A stretch of 64,000 bases of DNA from Ostreococcus lucimarinus (taxonomy: Eukaryota), in assembly GCA_000092065.1 (NCBI GenBank), contig CP000590.1. The stretch is one strand, 5' to 3'. Position numbers and translations under genes: made by a program. Below the pieces are notes generated by a model. It was not told the origin of the DNA. It was given only the letters and a program-made list of their open reading frames with translations, and did not search any database. Of the stretch, positions 1-9,627 are shown piece after piece; positions within the stretch are counted from its first letter, which is position 1, and each line of letters opens with the position of its first letter.

Positions 1-248
1 GAGCGATTCGGCGGTGCGTCGACATCGCGCGTCATGTCGGGCGCGCGCGCGCGAGGGCGCGGCGAGTCGGCGTGTGAGGATCGATGGACGCGTCGCGGCA
101 GTCTTGAACATCCAGCGCGCGGCGAGCGGCGACCGCGGCGCGGCGGCTCGATCGGAAACGATGCGCGCGAGCGCGCGGGTCGACGATCGGTTCGTGTGAC
201 GCATGATTAATAACGTCTGTGTTCTAGCTATGTGTGCGATGTGCGCGG

Positions 249-3200
249 TCAAGGGTCGATTTCGCCGCGCTCGATGGCGGCTTGTCGCGCGGCGGCGCGC
301 CGCTCGACGTCTTTTCGCGCGAGCTCGTCGGCTTGCGCGCGGAGGTTGGCGTATTCGGGCGGAATGCCGCCGGATTGCTCGAGCCACTTGCGCGCGGCGT
401 CGTCGGGAAGTACGATGGCGACGTCCAAGCGCTCTTCATCGGACATTTGGGTGAGGTAGTGCTCGGCCCAATCCGGAAGCGGGACGCCTTCCTCCGCAGA
501 GGCCATGCTGTGGATTTGGTCCTTGACGAGCCCCCAGAATTTTCCCTTGGAAGGGTCGTCCGACCAAATTGCGCTCATCAAATCGTCCCAATACACTTCT
601 TGCTGTTCACCCCACGCGATGTCCCAAACCCCCATGCCACGATCGCGTGTGATACCAGCCTTTTCGAAGGCTTGCGCAAGCTGGCGACCGCCGATTTCTC
701 GCGCCGTCGCGAGCGACTCCTTGAGCGAAAAGAGCATCTCTCTATTTTTCGGCTCGTGAAGAATCGCCACCGTACGCTGGGCCGCCTTAATCAACGTCTT
801 TCTCACCTCATTGTACACTAATAAATCCAATTCAGGCGATAACTGCCTCATCACCTCGATGTGCTCAGTCTTGCCGACGCGCAGGTAACCTTCTTCGCGC
901 GTAGGTTCGGCGGCGAGGGCGATGGGACCTAAATCACTCCACCCGTTCTGCATCACCATTTCGCACGCCAAATTCGTCGCAGCGGCGACATCGTGCATGC
1001 CGCGGGTCGTTACGTTCTCGGGACCGTACAAATAACGCTCCGCCATCTGGCCTGCGAGGAGTACGCACAGCTTGGCTTCGTAATACTCCATGGAGCGCAC
1101 CGTGCGAGCCGCGGGAGAGTCGACTTCATCCGGCACGTAGACGATTTGACCCGTGGCTACACCACCGTTAAACACCGTCACCTTGCTAATCTCGTCGTAC
1201 GAAGGCATGTGCATCGCGACCACGGCCTGCGCGGCGTAATAATTCACCACCGAGTCTCGTTCGTACGCGTCGAGTTGCGCGATGAGGGTATCTTCGAGCA
1301 TTCTATCGCGAGCCAAACTTCCGCTGCCACTTCCGTTGCGAACGAACGCTTGCGATCGTCGAATATCGTCGATGCAAAACAAGAAGTCACCCGTAGACGC
1401 GAGCGCCTTCTCGCCTTGCGCACAGCGCATGACGGCCGACTTGGTGAGGTTCTCGATGTCGGCGCCGCTGAAACCGGCAGTTTGTCTGGCGAGGTACTCG
1501 TAGTCCAAGTTGGGATCGACACTCGACGCGAACGATGGCTTGTTGCAGTGCAAGAACAAGATTTCTTGACGCGACTTCTTGTTCGGCAGACCCATCTCGA
1601 TGATGCGATCAAAACGACCGGCACGAATGAGCGCAGGATCGAGTACTTGCGGACGGTTCGTCGCCGCCAACACCATGATGCCCGTGGCGGTCGAGAAACC
1701 GTCCATCTCCGTCAGCATTTGATTGATCGTCGCCGTCGCTTCGTCGTTACCGTAAACCTGACCGGATTGTGTCTCAGTACGCTTCGTGCCGACGGCATCG
1801 AATTCATCGATGAAGATGATGCACGGCGCAACCTTCTTGGCTTGATCAAACAAGTTGCGAATACGCGCGGCTCCGACGCCGACGAACATCTCCATAAACT
1901 CCGTACCAGCGCATGAGAAGAAGGGCACATTTGCCTCGCCCGCGACACAACGAGCGAGCAACGTCTTACCCGTACCGGGCGGACCGCACAAAAGCACGCC
2001 TGCGGGAATGCGCGCGCCCATGGAGTTGTACTTTTCGAAATCCTTCAAGTAGGAAATGAGTTCAAACATTTCCGCCTTGACGTTGTCGATGCCGGTGATG
2101 TCCTTCAACGTCATCCCTTGGCGAACGTTCGAGTCGTAGTTACGCGTAGTCATGTTACCGAACATGTCTTCCGAGCTATCCTTGTACGTGCCTTCGTAAA
2201 TAAGCCACGCATAGAACACCATCACCATCGGCGTCAACGCGTTGAACAGGAACGCCGTAATCTCGAGCCAGCGAGGATACTTCTCCATCTCAATCTGAAT
2301 GACCCCTCCATTACCCGGTCTTTCGGTGACGAGCTTTTTGAACAACACCGGATCGTACGGAAGGTTGCAACCGAACACCTCCTCCGTGTCGTCGATGTAA
2401 TATCTAATGCTCGTCTCGTTGGCGCGGTACACCACGCGGTTGACGCGCCCGACGTCGAGTAATCTGTGGAACGACGTGTAAGACGTCTCCGTGGGGAATC
2501 TATCGGTGCCCATGGTTGAGTACGGATCGCGCAAGTACGCCAAGTTCACGTTGCGCACGAATCGTTCGCCGCGGTTGGAGAAAATCTTCTTGACGGGATT
2601 CTTCTTCTCCTGTTCGTACTTTTCGTACCGCTGGATGTCCTTCAAAACCTTTTCCTCCGCCGCGCTCAATTGCCTATTCCTACTCTCGGTGTGCTCACCA
2701 GTTTTCAACCCAACGAGTTCTTTCACCCTGTCCGCCATCACCTTCACCTTATCCACCTGTCCTCCCTGTTTGGGGGCCCTACGTTGGTGTTCTAAATTCA
2801 TTTTTTTCTTCTTCACCGTCCCGCGACGTCGTCGTCGTCTCTGCTTCGTCGGCGCCTCGACGACGCGCGGCTTATCCTCCGCGATCGCGTCGAGCTCTTC
2901 CAACAACTTCGCCGTCTCGTCCTCTTCATCCTTGGGATCGGAATCCACCGGCGCGATGTCGATCCCCACCCCCGCCACCTCGCCCACGCACGGCTCGCGC
3001 CGCGCGCTCGCCGTCGCCGCGCTCCTCGCCCCCTCCCGCCTCGCCTCGCGCGCCCCAGTCTCCAGCGCGCCCGCCGCTTTCGGCGCGCTCAACATCACCA
3101 ACGCCGCGATCGCGCCCATCTTCGTCGCCCGCTTCGCGCGCGCCCAGCCGTCGTCCGCGTTCGCGTCCCTCGCCGCGCGTCCCGCGCCGTCGTCGCCGCC

Positions 3201-3605
3201 GACGCCGCATCGCACCCCTCGTCCCCACCGCGCGCCCGCCTTCGCCCGCGCGACGCGCGCGCGTCGTCGTCCGAGTCCATCCGCGATCGCGCCGCGCGTC
3301 GGCGCGATCGTCGCGCCTCGCGCGATCGACATCGCGCGTCCGCGCGCGATCGGTCGAGTAAACCTAAGCCGCGATCGTCGAGCCGCGAATCGCGCGCGCG
3401 CGCGTCTCGAGGCGCGTCGAACCCGCGCGCGCGCGTCTCCCGACGCGTTCGCGACCTCGGCGCGCGCTTCGAGCGACCGCGCGTCGCGTCGCGCGCGTCG
3501 TCGTGTGCGCGCCGCCGCGCGCGGCGCGAGGGTTCGACGCGCGCTCGAATGATCGCGTTTCGTACGTCGTTTTCGACATACACTAGAGCATTTTAGCGCC
3601 ATCAT
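249..3605 (-). CDS. FtsH-like AAA+ ATPase / M41 peptidase homolog with degenerate zinc-binding site (FtsHi-like, presumed proteolytically inactive); 1118 aa ORF with Arg/Ala-rich N-terminal presequence-like region
   Basis: Walker A GPPGTGKT, Walker [10 protein letters not shown] and [23 protein letters not shown] are present. Where FtsH has AYHEAGHA the sequence reads [13 protein letters not shown], so HEXXH is lost. The rest of the M41 region is still alignable ([20 protein letters not shown]). Long C-terminal extension. The true start Met is uncertain because the N-terminal 200 aa is low-complexity. Confidence 0.8.
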   Translation of the reverse strand: MMALKCSSVCRKRRTKRDHSSARRTLAPRAAARTRRRARRDARSLEARAEVANASGDARARVRRASRRARARFAARRSRLRFTRPIARGRAMSIARGATIAPTRGAIADGLGRRRARVARAKAGARWGRGVRCGVGGDDGAGRAARDANADDGWARAKRATKMGAIAALVMLSAPKAAGALETGAREARREGARSAATASARREPCVGEVAGVGIDIAPVDSDPKDEEDETAKLLEELDAIAEDKPRVVEAPTKQRRRRRRGTVKKKKMNLEHQRRAPKQGGQVDKVKVMADRVKELVGLKTGEHTESRNRQLSAAEEKVLKDIQRYEKYEQEKKNPVKKIFSNRGERFVRNVNLAYLRDPYSTMGTDRFPTETSYTSFHRLLDVGRVNRVVYRANETSIRYYIDDTEEVFGCNLPYDPVLFKKLVTERPGNGGVIQIEMEKYPRWLEITAFLFNALTPMVMVFYAWLIYEGTYKDSSEDMFGNMTTRNYDSNVRQGMTLKDITGIDNVKAEMFELISYLKDFEKYNSMGARIPAGVLLCGPPGTGKTLLARCVAGEANVPFFSCAGTEFMEMFVGVGAARIRNLFDQAKKVAPCIIFIDEFDAVGTKRTETQSGQVYGNDEATATINQMLTEMDGFSTATGIMVLAATNRPQVLDPALIRAGRFDRIIEMGLPNKKSRQEILFLHCNKPSFASSVDPNLDYEYLARQTAGFSGADIENLTKSAVMRCAQGEKALASTGDFLFCIDDIRRSQAFVRNGSGSGSLARDRMLEDTLIAQLDAYERDSVVNYYAAQAVVAMHMPSYDEISKVTVFNGGVATGQIVYVPDEVDSPAARTVRSMEYYEAKLCVLLAGQMAERYLYGPENVTTRGMHDVAAATNLACEMVMQNGWSDLGPIALAAEPTREEGYLRVGKTEHIEVMRQLSPELDLLVYNEVRKTLIKAAQRTVAILHEPKNREMLFSLKESLATAREIGGRQLAQAFEKAGITRDRGMGVWDIAWGEQQEVYWDDLMSAIWSDDPSKGKFWGLVKDQIHSMASAEEGVPLPDWAEHYLTQMSDEERLDVAIVLPDDAARKWLEQSGGIPPEYANLRAQADELARKDVERRAAARQAAIERGEIDP

Positions 3606-3676
3606 TCAAAACGCTCGCGACGCGCGCCGACGCGCGCGCGACGGCGCGACGCGCGGCGACACCGCGACGCGCGACG

Positions 3677-4849
3677 ATGTCGAGCGTCGCGCCGACGCGC
3701 GCGCGATGGTCGTCGCGGCGGTTCGCGGGCGACGCGGGACGCGCGCGCGACGCGCGCGCGACGCGACGGCGCGCGCGAGATTTGAACGCGGCGCCGGCGA
3801 CGCGCGCGGGCGACGGCGACGGCGACGGCGCGGCGCTGGATTTCAACGCGTGCGCGCGCGAGCACGCGCGAGCGTTTCGCGCGACGCCGATGAGCGCGCG
3901 ACTGACGCGAGAGTTCGGGATGGGGGACTCGGGGACGGACGTGTCGCTCGCGCAGCGGTTGCTCGGGCGGGACGCGAGACGCGCGCACGGCGTGTGCGAC
4001 CGAGAGACGACGGAGGCGCTGCGCGCGTGGCAGATTTCGCGCGGATTAAAGCCGAGCGGGTTCTTCGGGGCGAGCTCGCGGGCGCAGATGGCGATGGAGG
4101 AGGAGCGGTGGCGCGAACTGGGGGGGGGGGCGCTGCTGGAGCGACTTTGGGAGGAGGAGGCGCGCGCGCGGGACGCGAGCGAACGCGCGAACGAACGCGC
4201 GGGAGGGAGCGGACGGACGCGCGGCGTGGTGGCGACGTCGACGACGCCGCGCGAAGCGCCGCGCGTCTCGCGCGTCGCGCGCGGCGCGTTGGTGTTGGTG
4301 GTCGCGTCGGCGGCTTTGGGCGCGGCGGCGCGTCTGAGAAATCGCGAGCGCTTCGCGGCGTTCGTCGATTCGGCGACGGCGTGGACGCGCGAATCGCGCG
4401 CGAAGGTCGCGCTCGACGTCGCGCGCGAGTTTATCGGCGCGTGCGGCGCGCGCGCGCGCGCGCGCTGGACCGAGATCGCCGCAGATTTCGCCGAGCGGCG
4501 CCGAGCGCTCGTCCGCGCCGCCGCGACGGCGATTTCTCGCGTTCGATCCGCGGCGGAACGCGTCGCGACGAACGACGCGCTCGACGCCGGCGCACCGCTC
4601 GCGGAGGGACACTTCGATGAAAACGGTCGCTGGTGGGAGTCCCCACTGCCCGCGTCCACGCCCAAAGCCGCCGACGCGAGGCCGCGTCCCGCCGAGCCGT
4701 CTCCGCGAGGCGGAGCGTCGACGGCTCGCGAGCGCGCCGAGCAAATGCGCGAGCGCTGGGTCAACATCCGTCGCCAACAGGTCGACGTCGGCGCGGACGA
4801 GCGTCGAGCGATTGAGCGCGTCTCTAAATTTCTCCGCGACGCCGAATGA
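3677..4849 (+). CDS. hypothetical protein with peptidoglycan-binding-like (PG_binding_1-type) domain
   Basis: The segment DVSLAQRLLGRDARRAHGVCDRETTEALRAWQISRGLKPSGFFGASSRAQM fits the LxxxLxxLG...G.FG..T..A...FQ...GL...G..G..T consensus. A Ser/Ala-rich ORF competes on the minus strand (3583..4956) and was judged antisense noise. Start uncertain. Confidence 0.45.
   Translation: MSSVAPTRARWSSRRFAGDAGRARDARATRRRARDLNAAPATRAGDGDGDGAALDFNACAREHARAFRATPMSARLTREFGMGDSGTDVSLAQRLLGRDARRAHGVCDRETTEALRAWQISRGLKPSGFFGASSRAQMAMEEERWRELGGGALLERLWEEEARARDASERANERAGGSGRTRGVVATSTTPREAPRVSRVARGALVLVVASAALGAAARLRNRERFAAFVDSATAWTRESRAKVALDVAREFIGACGARARARWTEIAADFAERRRALVRAAATAISRVRSAAERVATNDALDAGAPLAEGHFDENGRWWESPLPASTPKAADARPRPAEPSPRGGASTARERAEQMRERWVNIRRQQVDVGADERRAIERVSKFLRDAE
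4120..4130. repeat. G11 homopolymer inside a coding region
   Basis: Direct reading of gaactg followed by 11 g then cgctg. It encodes ELGGGALLE. Confidence 0.9.
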
Positions 4850-4939
4850 GCGCGCGCGCGCGATTTCAATGTACACGCATTCGTCGCCCTCGATTCGCTC
4901 CGTCGCCGCGCCTCCGCCGCGCCCGCACTCGACGACGCC

Positions 4940-6802
4940 ATGCTCGGTTTAGACACCTACGGCTCGTCCGATTCCGACGACGAGAACGACGCGCTCGCGA
5001 ACGTCGCGTCCGTCAAGCGCCCGATCGCGTCCGCGCCGCCCGTCGACGCCGGCGCGTTGGCGCTCGAGCGCGCGCTCGACGGCGATGGCGGCTCGACGGG
5101 AATGCGCGTCGTTCCGCTCGCGTCCACGCGCACGGTCGTCGGTGCGCGCGACGCGCGAACGCGATGGCATCGATCGATCGCTCGACGCGCGCGCGTCGCG
5201 CGAGGAACGCGCGTGGACGATGGACTGACGGAGATTCGTTCGACGCGCGCAGACCCGACGACGCGAGAGATGCGCGTGAACCTGACGTACGACGAGATGA
5301 CGGCCCCGATCGAGGGACCGAGGCACGAGACGCGAGAGGATAGACTCACGGGGCGAGGGGCGAGGAATCACGCGCTCGGGCAGGTGGACGCGACGACGGT
5401 GAACGCGTTTAGTTTCGACGAACAGTACAATACGTACAATTCGCGGGGGTACGCGGCGGCGCCGTCGGGGACTGGGGTCGTCGGTGACGCCGACGCGATG
5501 CGAGCGAGCAAGGGGGAGACGGCGTTTAATATTTCTGCGGCGAAAAAACGAAGGATTCGCGAGGAAGTGCTCGCGGGGGTGGCGACGCCGGCGAGCGGCG
5601 AGACGGATACGTCGGCGTGGGCGCCGGCTCGAGCGGCGCAAAAGGTGCTCGTGCACGATGATTTGTCGGAGAAGGAGAAGGAGTACGTGAAATGGCACAT
5701 GGATAATCGCGAGGCAAAGCTTCGGGCGAAAGGAAAGTTGGAAGGTTTGGAGACGGGTCCGGGCGAGGACGGCGGCGCTCAAGACGACTCAAAGTTTACA
5801 AAGTTTCACGGCTCGGAGGAAGTCAACTACGCGGGGGATTCTTGGATTGCGGCGCCAAAGAGCGAGAAGCGCGATGGAGATGGAACTTGCTTCGCGCCGA
5901 ACAAGTGCGTGCACACGTTTAACGGTCACACGAAGGGTGTGTCAAAGATTGAATTTTTCCCTCACACCGGTCACCTGTTGCTCTCGGCGGGCATGGACAA
6001 CGTGGTCAAGATTTGGGACGTGTACAACAGTCGAAAGTGCATGCGCACGTACATGGGACACGACAAGGCGGTAAAAGACGTGTGCTTCAACGGCGATGGC
6101 ACGCGCTTCGTGTCGACGTCGTGGGATAAAAAGGTTCGATTGTGGGACACGGAGACTGGCAAAATAATCCAAACCGTGACGAGCGGGAAAATCGGTTACT
6201 GCGCGAAGATTCATCCAAAGCAAGACAACTTGGTGTTGATCGGGCAGAGCGATAAAAAAATCGTGCAGTGGGACATGAACAACGGGGACTTGGTGCAAGA
6301 GTACGACCAGCATCTCGGGCCGGTGAACTCGATCACTTTCGCCGACGGCGGCGAACGCTTCATGTCCTCTTCGGACGACAAAACGCTTCGAGTTTGGGAG
6401 TTTGGAATCCCGGTGACGACTAAATACATCGCTGACCCGTCGATGCACTCCGTGCCCGCGACTGCGATATCGAACAACGGCAAGTACATCATCGGTCAAT
6501 CGCTCGACAATCAAATTATCACCTTTAGCGTCGACGAACGCTTTCGAAGAAACAACAAGAAACGCTTTGGTGGTCACCACAACGCCGGTTACGCGTGCCA
6601 GCCCGCGTTTTCTACCGATGACAGCACCGTCGTTAGCGGCGACGGGTCTGGTAAGATCTTCTTCTGGGATTGGAAGACGTCCAAAATCATCAAATCCGTC
6701 AAGGCGCACGCCGAGGTGTGCATCGGCGTCGCTTGGCACCCGCTCAAGAGCTCCGTCGTCGCGTCGTGCAGTTGGGACAAGACGATCAAGCTGTGGAAGT
6801 AG
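4940..6802 (+). CDS. PRP17: pre-mRNA-processing factor 17 (PRP17/CDC40), WD40 protein
   Basis: The N-terminus MLGLDTYGSSDSDDEN is typical of PRP17. The C-terminal half has 7 WD40 repeats (GHTKGVSKIEFFPHTGHLLLSAGMDNVVKIWDV, GHDKAVKDVCFNGDGTRFVSTSWDKKVRLWD and others). Single uninterrupted ORF. Confidence 0.9.
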   Translation: MLGLDTYGSSDSDDENDALANVASVKRPIASAPPVDAGALALERALDGDGGSTGMRVVPLASTRTVVGARDARTRWHRSIARRARVARGTRVDDGLTEIRSTRADPTTREMRVNLTYDEMTAPIEGPRHETREDRLTGRGARNHALGQVDATTVNAFSFDEQYNTYNSRGYAAAPSGTGVVGDADAMRASKGETAFNISAAKKRRIREEVLAGVATPASGETDTSAWAPARAAQKVLVHDDLSEKEKEYVKWHMDNREAKLRAKGKLEGLETGPGEDGGAQDDSKFTKFHGSEEVNYAGDSWIAAPKSEKRDGDGTCFAPNKCVHTFNGHTKGVSKIEFFPHTGHLLLSAGMDNVVKIWDVYNSRKCMRTYMGHDKAVKDVCFNGDGTRFVSTSWDKKVRLWDTETGKIIQTVTSGKIGYCAKIHPKQDNLVLIGQSDKKIVQWDMNNGDLVQEYDQHLGPVNSITFADGGERFMSSSDDKTLRVWEFGIPVTTKYIADPSMHSVPATAISNNGKYIIGQSLDNQIITFSVDERFRRNNKKRFGGHHNAGYACQPAFSTDDSTVVSGDGSGKIFFWDWKTSKIIKSVKAHAEVCIGVAWHPLKSSVVASCSWDKTIKLWK

Positions 6803-6964
6803 TCTCCGAGCTCAATCTTTGTCGTTGATATATCTCGCGTAGCGCACTTCCTCACGCGCGCGCCTTCTCTTTGCGTCGGCGTCTTCGTGTCCGCGTCTCG
6901 CTGTCCTTTCGCTTTCGCGAATTCTGAGCGCATCTCGTCATTGCCCCGCGCCCGATCGTCCAGC

Positions 6965-8164
6965 ATGCGCCGTTCGCGCGCGCGCGCGCTCGCCGGCGCG
7001 CTCGCGCTCACACTCGCCTGCGCCGCCCTCCCCCGCGCGCTCGCGCGCGCTGATTCGCACGCGGCGTCGCATCTGCGACTCGCCACGTCGGATGTCCCGG
7101 TCGACACCGTCGACGCTTCGGAGCCCGCGCGCGACGCCGTGCGCGAGGCGCGCGCGCTGGTCGCCGACGCCGCGGCGCTCGAAGCGAAGTTCGAGGCGTT
7201 CGTGGACGCGTTCGATAAACGCGCCGAGTACGCGACGAAGACGGCGACGGAACGCGCTCGGAGAATCGTCATCTTTGGCGAAAATCTCGTCAAGGCGGCG
7301 ACGAATCAAGCGAACGATCGAGGCAGCGCGAACCACGGGGTGACGATGTTCAGCGATCTCACCGCGGAAGAGTTTGCGGCGCGGTATTTGGGTCACGTGC
7401 GGTTGTCGAGCGAGGAGAGGGAGAAACGGAAGGCGAGGGGAGGGGAGACGCTCGAGACGTTGCCGGTGGAACATTTGCCGGAGGAATTCGATTGGCGATT
7501 TAAGGGCGCGGTGACGCGGGTGAAGGATCAAGGACAGTGTGGATCGTGCTGGACGTTTTCAACGACGGGTGCGATCGAGGGCGCGCACTTCATCAGCACC
7601 GGAAAGCTCGTTGAATTGAGCGAACAACAACTCGTGGACTGCGACGTCGGTTGCGATCCAGACGTGCCGAACGCGTGCGATTCTGGCTGTAACGGCGGCT
7701 TGCCGTCGAACGCGATGGAGTACATCGTAGAGCACGGAGGCATCGATACCGAGAAGTCGTACCCGTACGTCGGCGAGAAGGGCGAGTGCAAGGCGAAGAA
7801 AGGCAAACTCGGCGCGACGCTCAAGAACTTCTCCTTCGTCAGCGACGACGAAAAACAAATGGCGGCGGCGTTGGTCAAATACGGCCCACTGTCCATCGGG
7901 ATCAACGCTGCGTGGATGCAAAGTTACATCGGCGGCGTCGCCTGCCCTTGGCTCTGCGACGCCGAGTCGCTCGATCACGGCGTCCTCATCGTCGGCTACG
8001 GCTCGAGCGGCTTCGCCCCGGTTCGATGGGCGCCCGAACCGTACTGGATCGTCAAGAATTCTTGGAGTCCGGCGTGGGGCGAGGGTGGATACTACCGCAT
8101 ATGCAAAGACAAAGGTTCGTGCGGCATCAACAACATGGTCGTCGCCGCGCACGGCGTCGACTGA
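6965..8164 (+). CDS. cathepsin L-like papain-family (C1A) cysteine protease precursor with I29 propeptide
   Basis: Signal peptide RALAGALALTLACAALP. I29-like propeptide. Active-site Cys in QGQCGSCWTFSTTGAIEG, His in LDHGVLIVGYG, Asn in NSWSPAWGEGGYYRI. The ORF begins at 6887, but the Met at 6965 precedes the signal peptide. Confidence 0.9.
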   Translation: MRRSRARALAGALALTLACAALPRALARADSHAASHLRLATSDVPVDTVDASEPARDAVREARALVADAAALEAKFEAFVDAFDKRAEYATKTATERARRIVIFGENLVKAATNQANDRGSANHGVTMFSDLTAEEFAARYLGHVRLSSEEREKRKARGGETLETLPVEHLPEEFDWRFKGAVTRVKDQGQCGSCWTFSTTGAIEGAHFISTGKLVELSEQQLVDCDVGCDPDVPNACDSGCNGGLPSNAMEYIVEHGGIDTEKSYPYVGEKGECKAKKGKLGATLKNFSFVSDDEKQMAAALVKYGPLSIGINAAWMQSYIGGVACPWLCDAESLDHGVLIVGYGSSGFAPVRWAPEPYWIVKNSWSPAWGEGGYYRICKDKGSCGINNMVVAAHGVD

Positions 8165-8354
8165 TCGCGCTTCGCGTTCGCCTCGCGTCTTCATGCTTCT
8201 CTCGCGCCTCGTCGCCTTCATCGACGACGTCGCGCGCGTTTCTCGCATTTTCATCTCTGTATCTCATCATTCTAAAACTATCGTTACAATCGTATCTCGC
8301 CTCGCCGTCGTCGCGTTCGCGCGATAACCCTCGTCGTCTCGCCGCGCGTCCGCC

Positions 8355-8702
8355 CTACACCGCCTTCGGCCCGTTCGCGTCGAACGCCCCGCTCCACCTC
8401 TGGCTCGGTATCGCGTGCGCGGGATATATCGGCCGCTTCTCCCGCGCGCGCGAGTAGTTGAACGTCATCATCGCCAGCGCGCCGAGCGCGACGAATCCCC
8501 CGACCGTGTTTCGTTTCCACGCCTTCGGATCCGCGAACCACCCGCCGTACGTCGTCCACACGTGTCCCGTCACGCTCGTCGGTCCGCCGCCGCTCGCGGG
8601 CGCGCCCATGGTCGTCGCTGTGCGAACGCCGCCGATGGACGCGTCGTCGTCTGTCGTCGCGGCGCGTCGTCGATCCGCGATCGTCGAACGGCGGATCGTC
8701 AC
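8355..8702 (-). CDS. small hypothetical single-TM protein (possible start at internal Met near 8609)
   Basis: An ORF in the gap between the cathepsin 3' end and the proteasome gene start. Composition is non-repetitive ([45 protein letters not shown]) with one hydrophobic helix. No family recognised with certainty. Confidence 0.25.
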   Translation of the reverse strand: MTIRRSTIADRRRAATTDDDASIGGVRTATTMGAPASGGGPTSVTGHVWTTYGGWFADPKAWKRNTVGGFVALGALAMMTFNYSRAREKRPIYPAHAIPSQRWSGAFDANGPKAV

Positions 8703-8773
8703 ACGACGACGCGCGCGCGCGCGACGCTCGACGCGACGCGACTCGACTCGACGGCGTCGCGACTCGACTCGAG

Positions 8774-9487
8774 ATGTTTCAGACGCGCAGCGAGTACGAC
8801 CGGGGCGTGAACACGTTCAGCCCGGAGGGACGGTTGTTTCAGGTGGAGTACGCCATCGAGGCGATCAAGCTCGGGTCGACGGCGATCGCGATAAAGACGC
8901 GCGAGGGCGTGGTGCTGGCGGTGGAGAAGCGCGCGACGTCGCCGCTGATGGACGCGTCGTCGCTGGAGAAGATCGCGGAGATCGACGCGCACGTGGGGTG
9001 CGCGGTGAGCGGGCTGACGGCGGACGCGTGGACGATGGTGGAACACGGACGGGCGGAGTGCCAGAATCATTACTTTACGTATAACGAACCGATGCCGGTG
9101 CTGAGCTGCACGACGTCGCTGTGCGAACTGGCGATGTCGTTCGCGGGCGAGGGGGAGAAGAGAATGTCGAGACCGTTCGGGGTGGCGCTGTTGGTGGCGG
9201 GGAAGGATGAGGACGGGTATCACTTGGTGCACACGGATCCGAGCGGTACGGCGGTGCAATATAAAGCGAAAGCGATCGGAAGCGGGAGCGAAGGCGCGCA
9301 GACGGCGCTGCAAGAGGAATATAGAGACGATTTGACGCTCAAAGAGGCGGAGACGCTGGCGTTGAAGACGTTGAAGGCGGTCATGGAGGAAAAGGTCAAC
9401 ACGACGAACGTCGACATGGCGCGCGTGGCGCCGGCGTACGTCAAGTATTCCGACGCCGCGATTCAGGAAATCATCGATCGTTTATGA
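8774..9487 (+). CDS. PSMA5: 20S proteasome subunit alpha type-5
   Basis: [53 protein letters not shown] is near-identical to the alpha-5 N-terminus. Full length 237 aa, single exon. Confidence 0.95.
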   Translation: MFQTRSEYDRGVNTFSPEGRLFQVEYAIEAIKLGSTAIAIKTREGVVLAVEKRATSPLMDASSLEKIAEIDAHVGCAVSGLTADAWTMVEHGRAECQNHYFTYNEPMPVLSCTTSLCELAMSFAGEGEKRMSRPFGVALLVAGKDEDGYHLVHTDPSGTAVQYKAKAIGSGSEGAQTALQEEYRDDLTLKEAETLALKTLKAVMEEKVNTTNVDMARVAPAYVKYSDAAIQEIIDRL

Positions 9488-9518
9488 TGAGTGAGTAGAT
9501 TTAATTTCGGTTCGAGCT

Positions 9519-9534
9519 TGTAAGTTTCGTGTAA
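9519..9534 (+). promoter_or_regulatory. two TGTAA motifs (chlorophyte-type polyadenylation signal) in the proteasome alpha-5 3' UTR
   Basis: TGTAA at 9519-9523 and 9530-9534, about 30-45 nt after the stop codon. TGTAA is the established poly(A) signal of green algae. Confidence 0.4.
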
Positions 9535-9627
9535 AAGATTCTTCGTTCAATGATTTACATTACGTGCCTTGCGGCGCGCGCGCGCTCAACTGTTTTAAAC
9601 TAATCGATTATTCATCCAGTATTCCTC

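Noticed and set aside
3583-4956. 457-aa minus-strand ORF, Ser/Ala/Arg-rich
   Set aside because: Low-complexity composition typical of antisense reading of GC-rich coding DNA. The plus strand has a recognisable domain.
9509-9520. GGTTCGAGC resembling a tRNA T-loop
   Set aside because: No acceptor stem, D-arm or anticodon arm around it. It lies in a 3' UTR.
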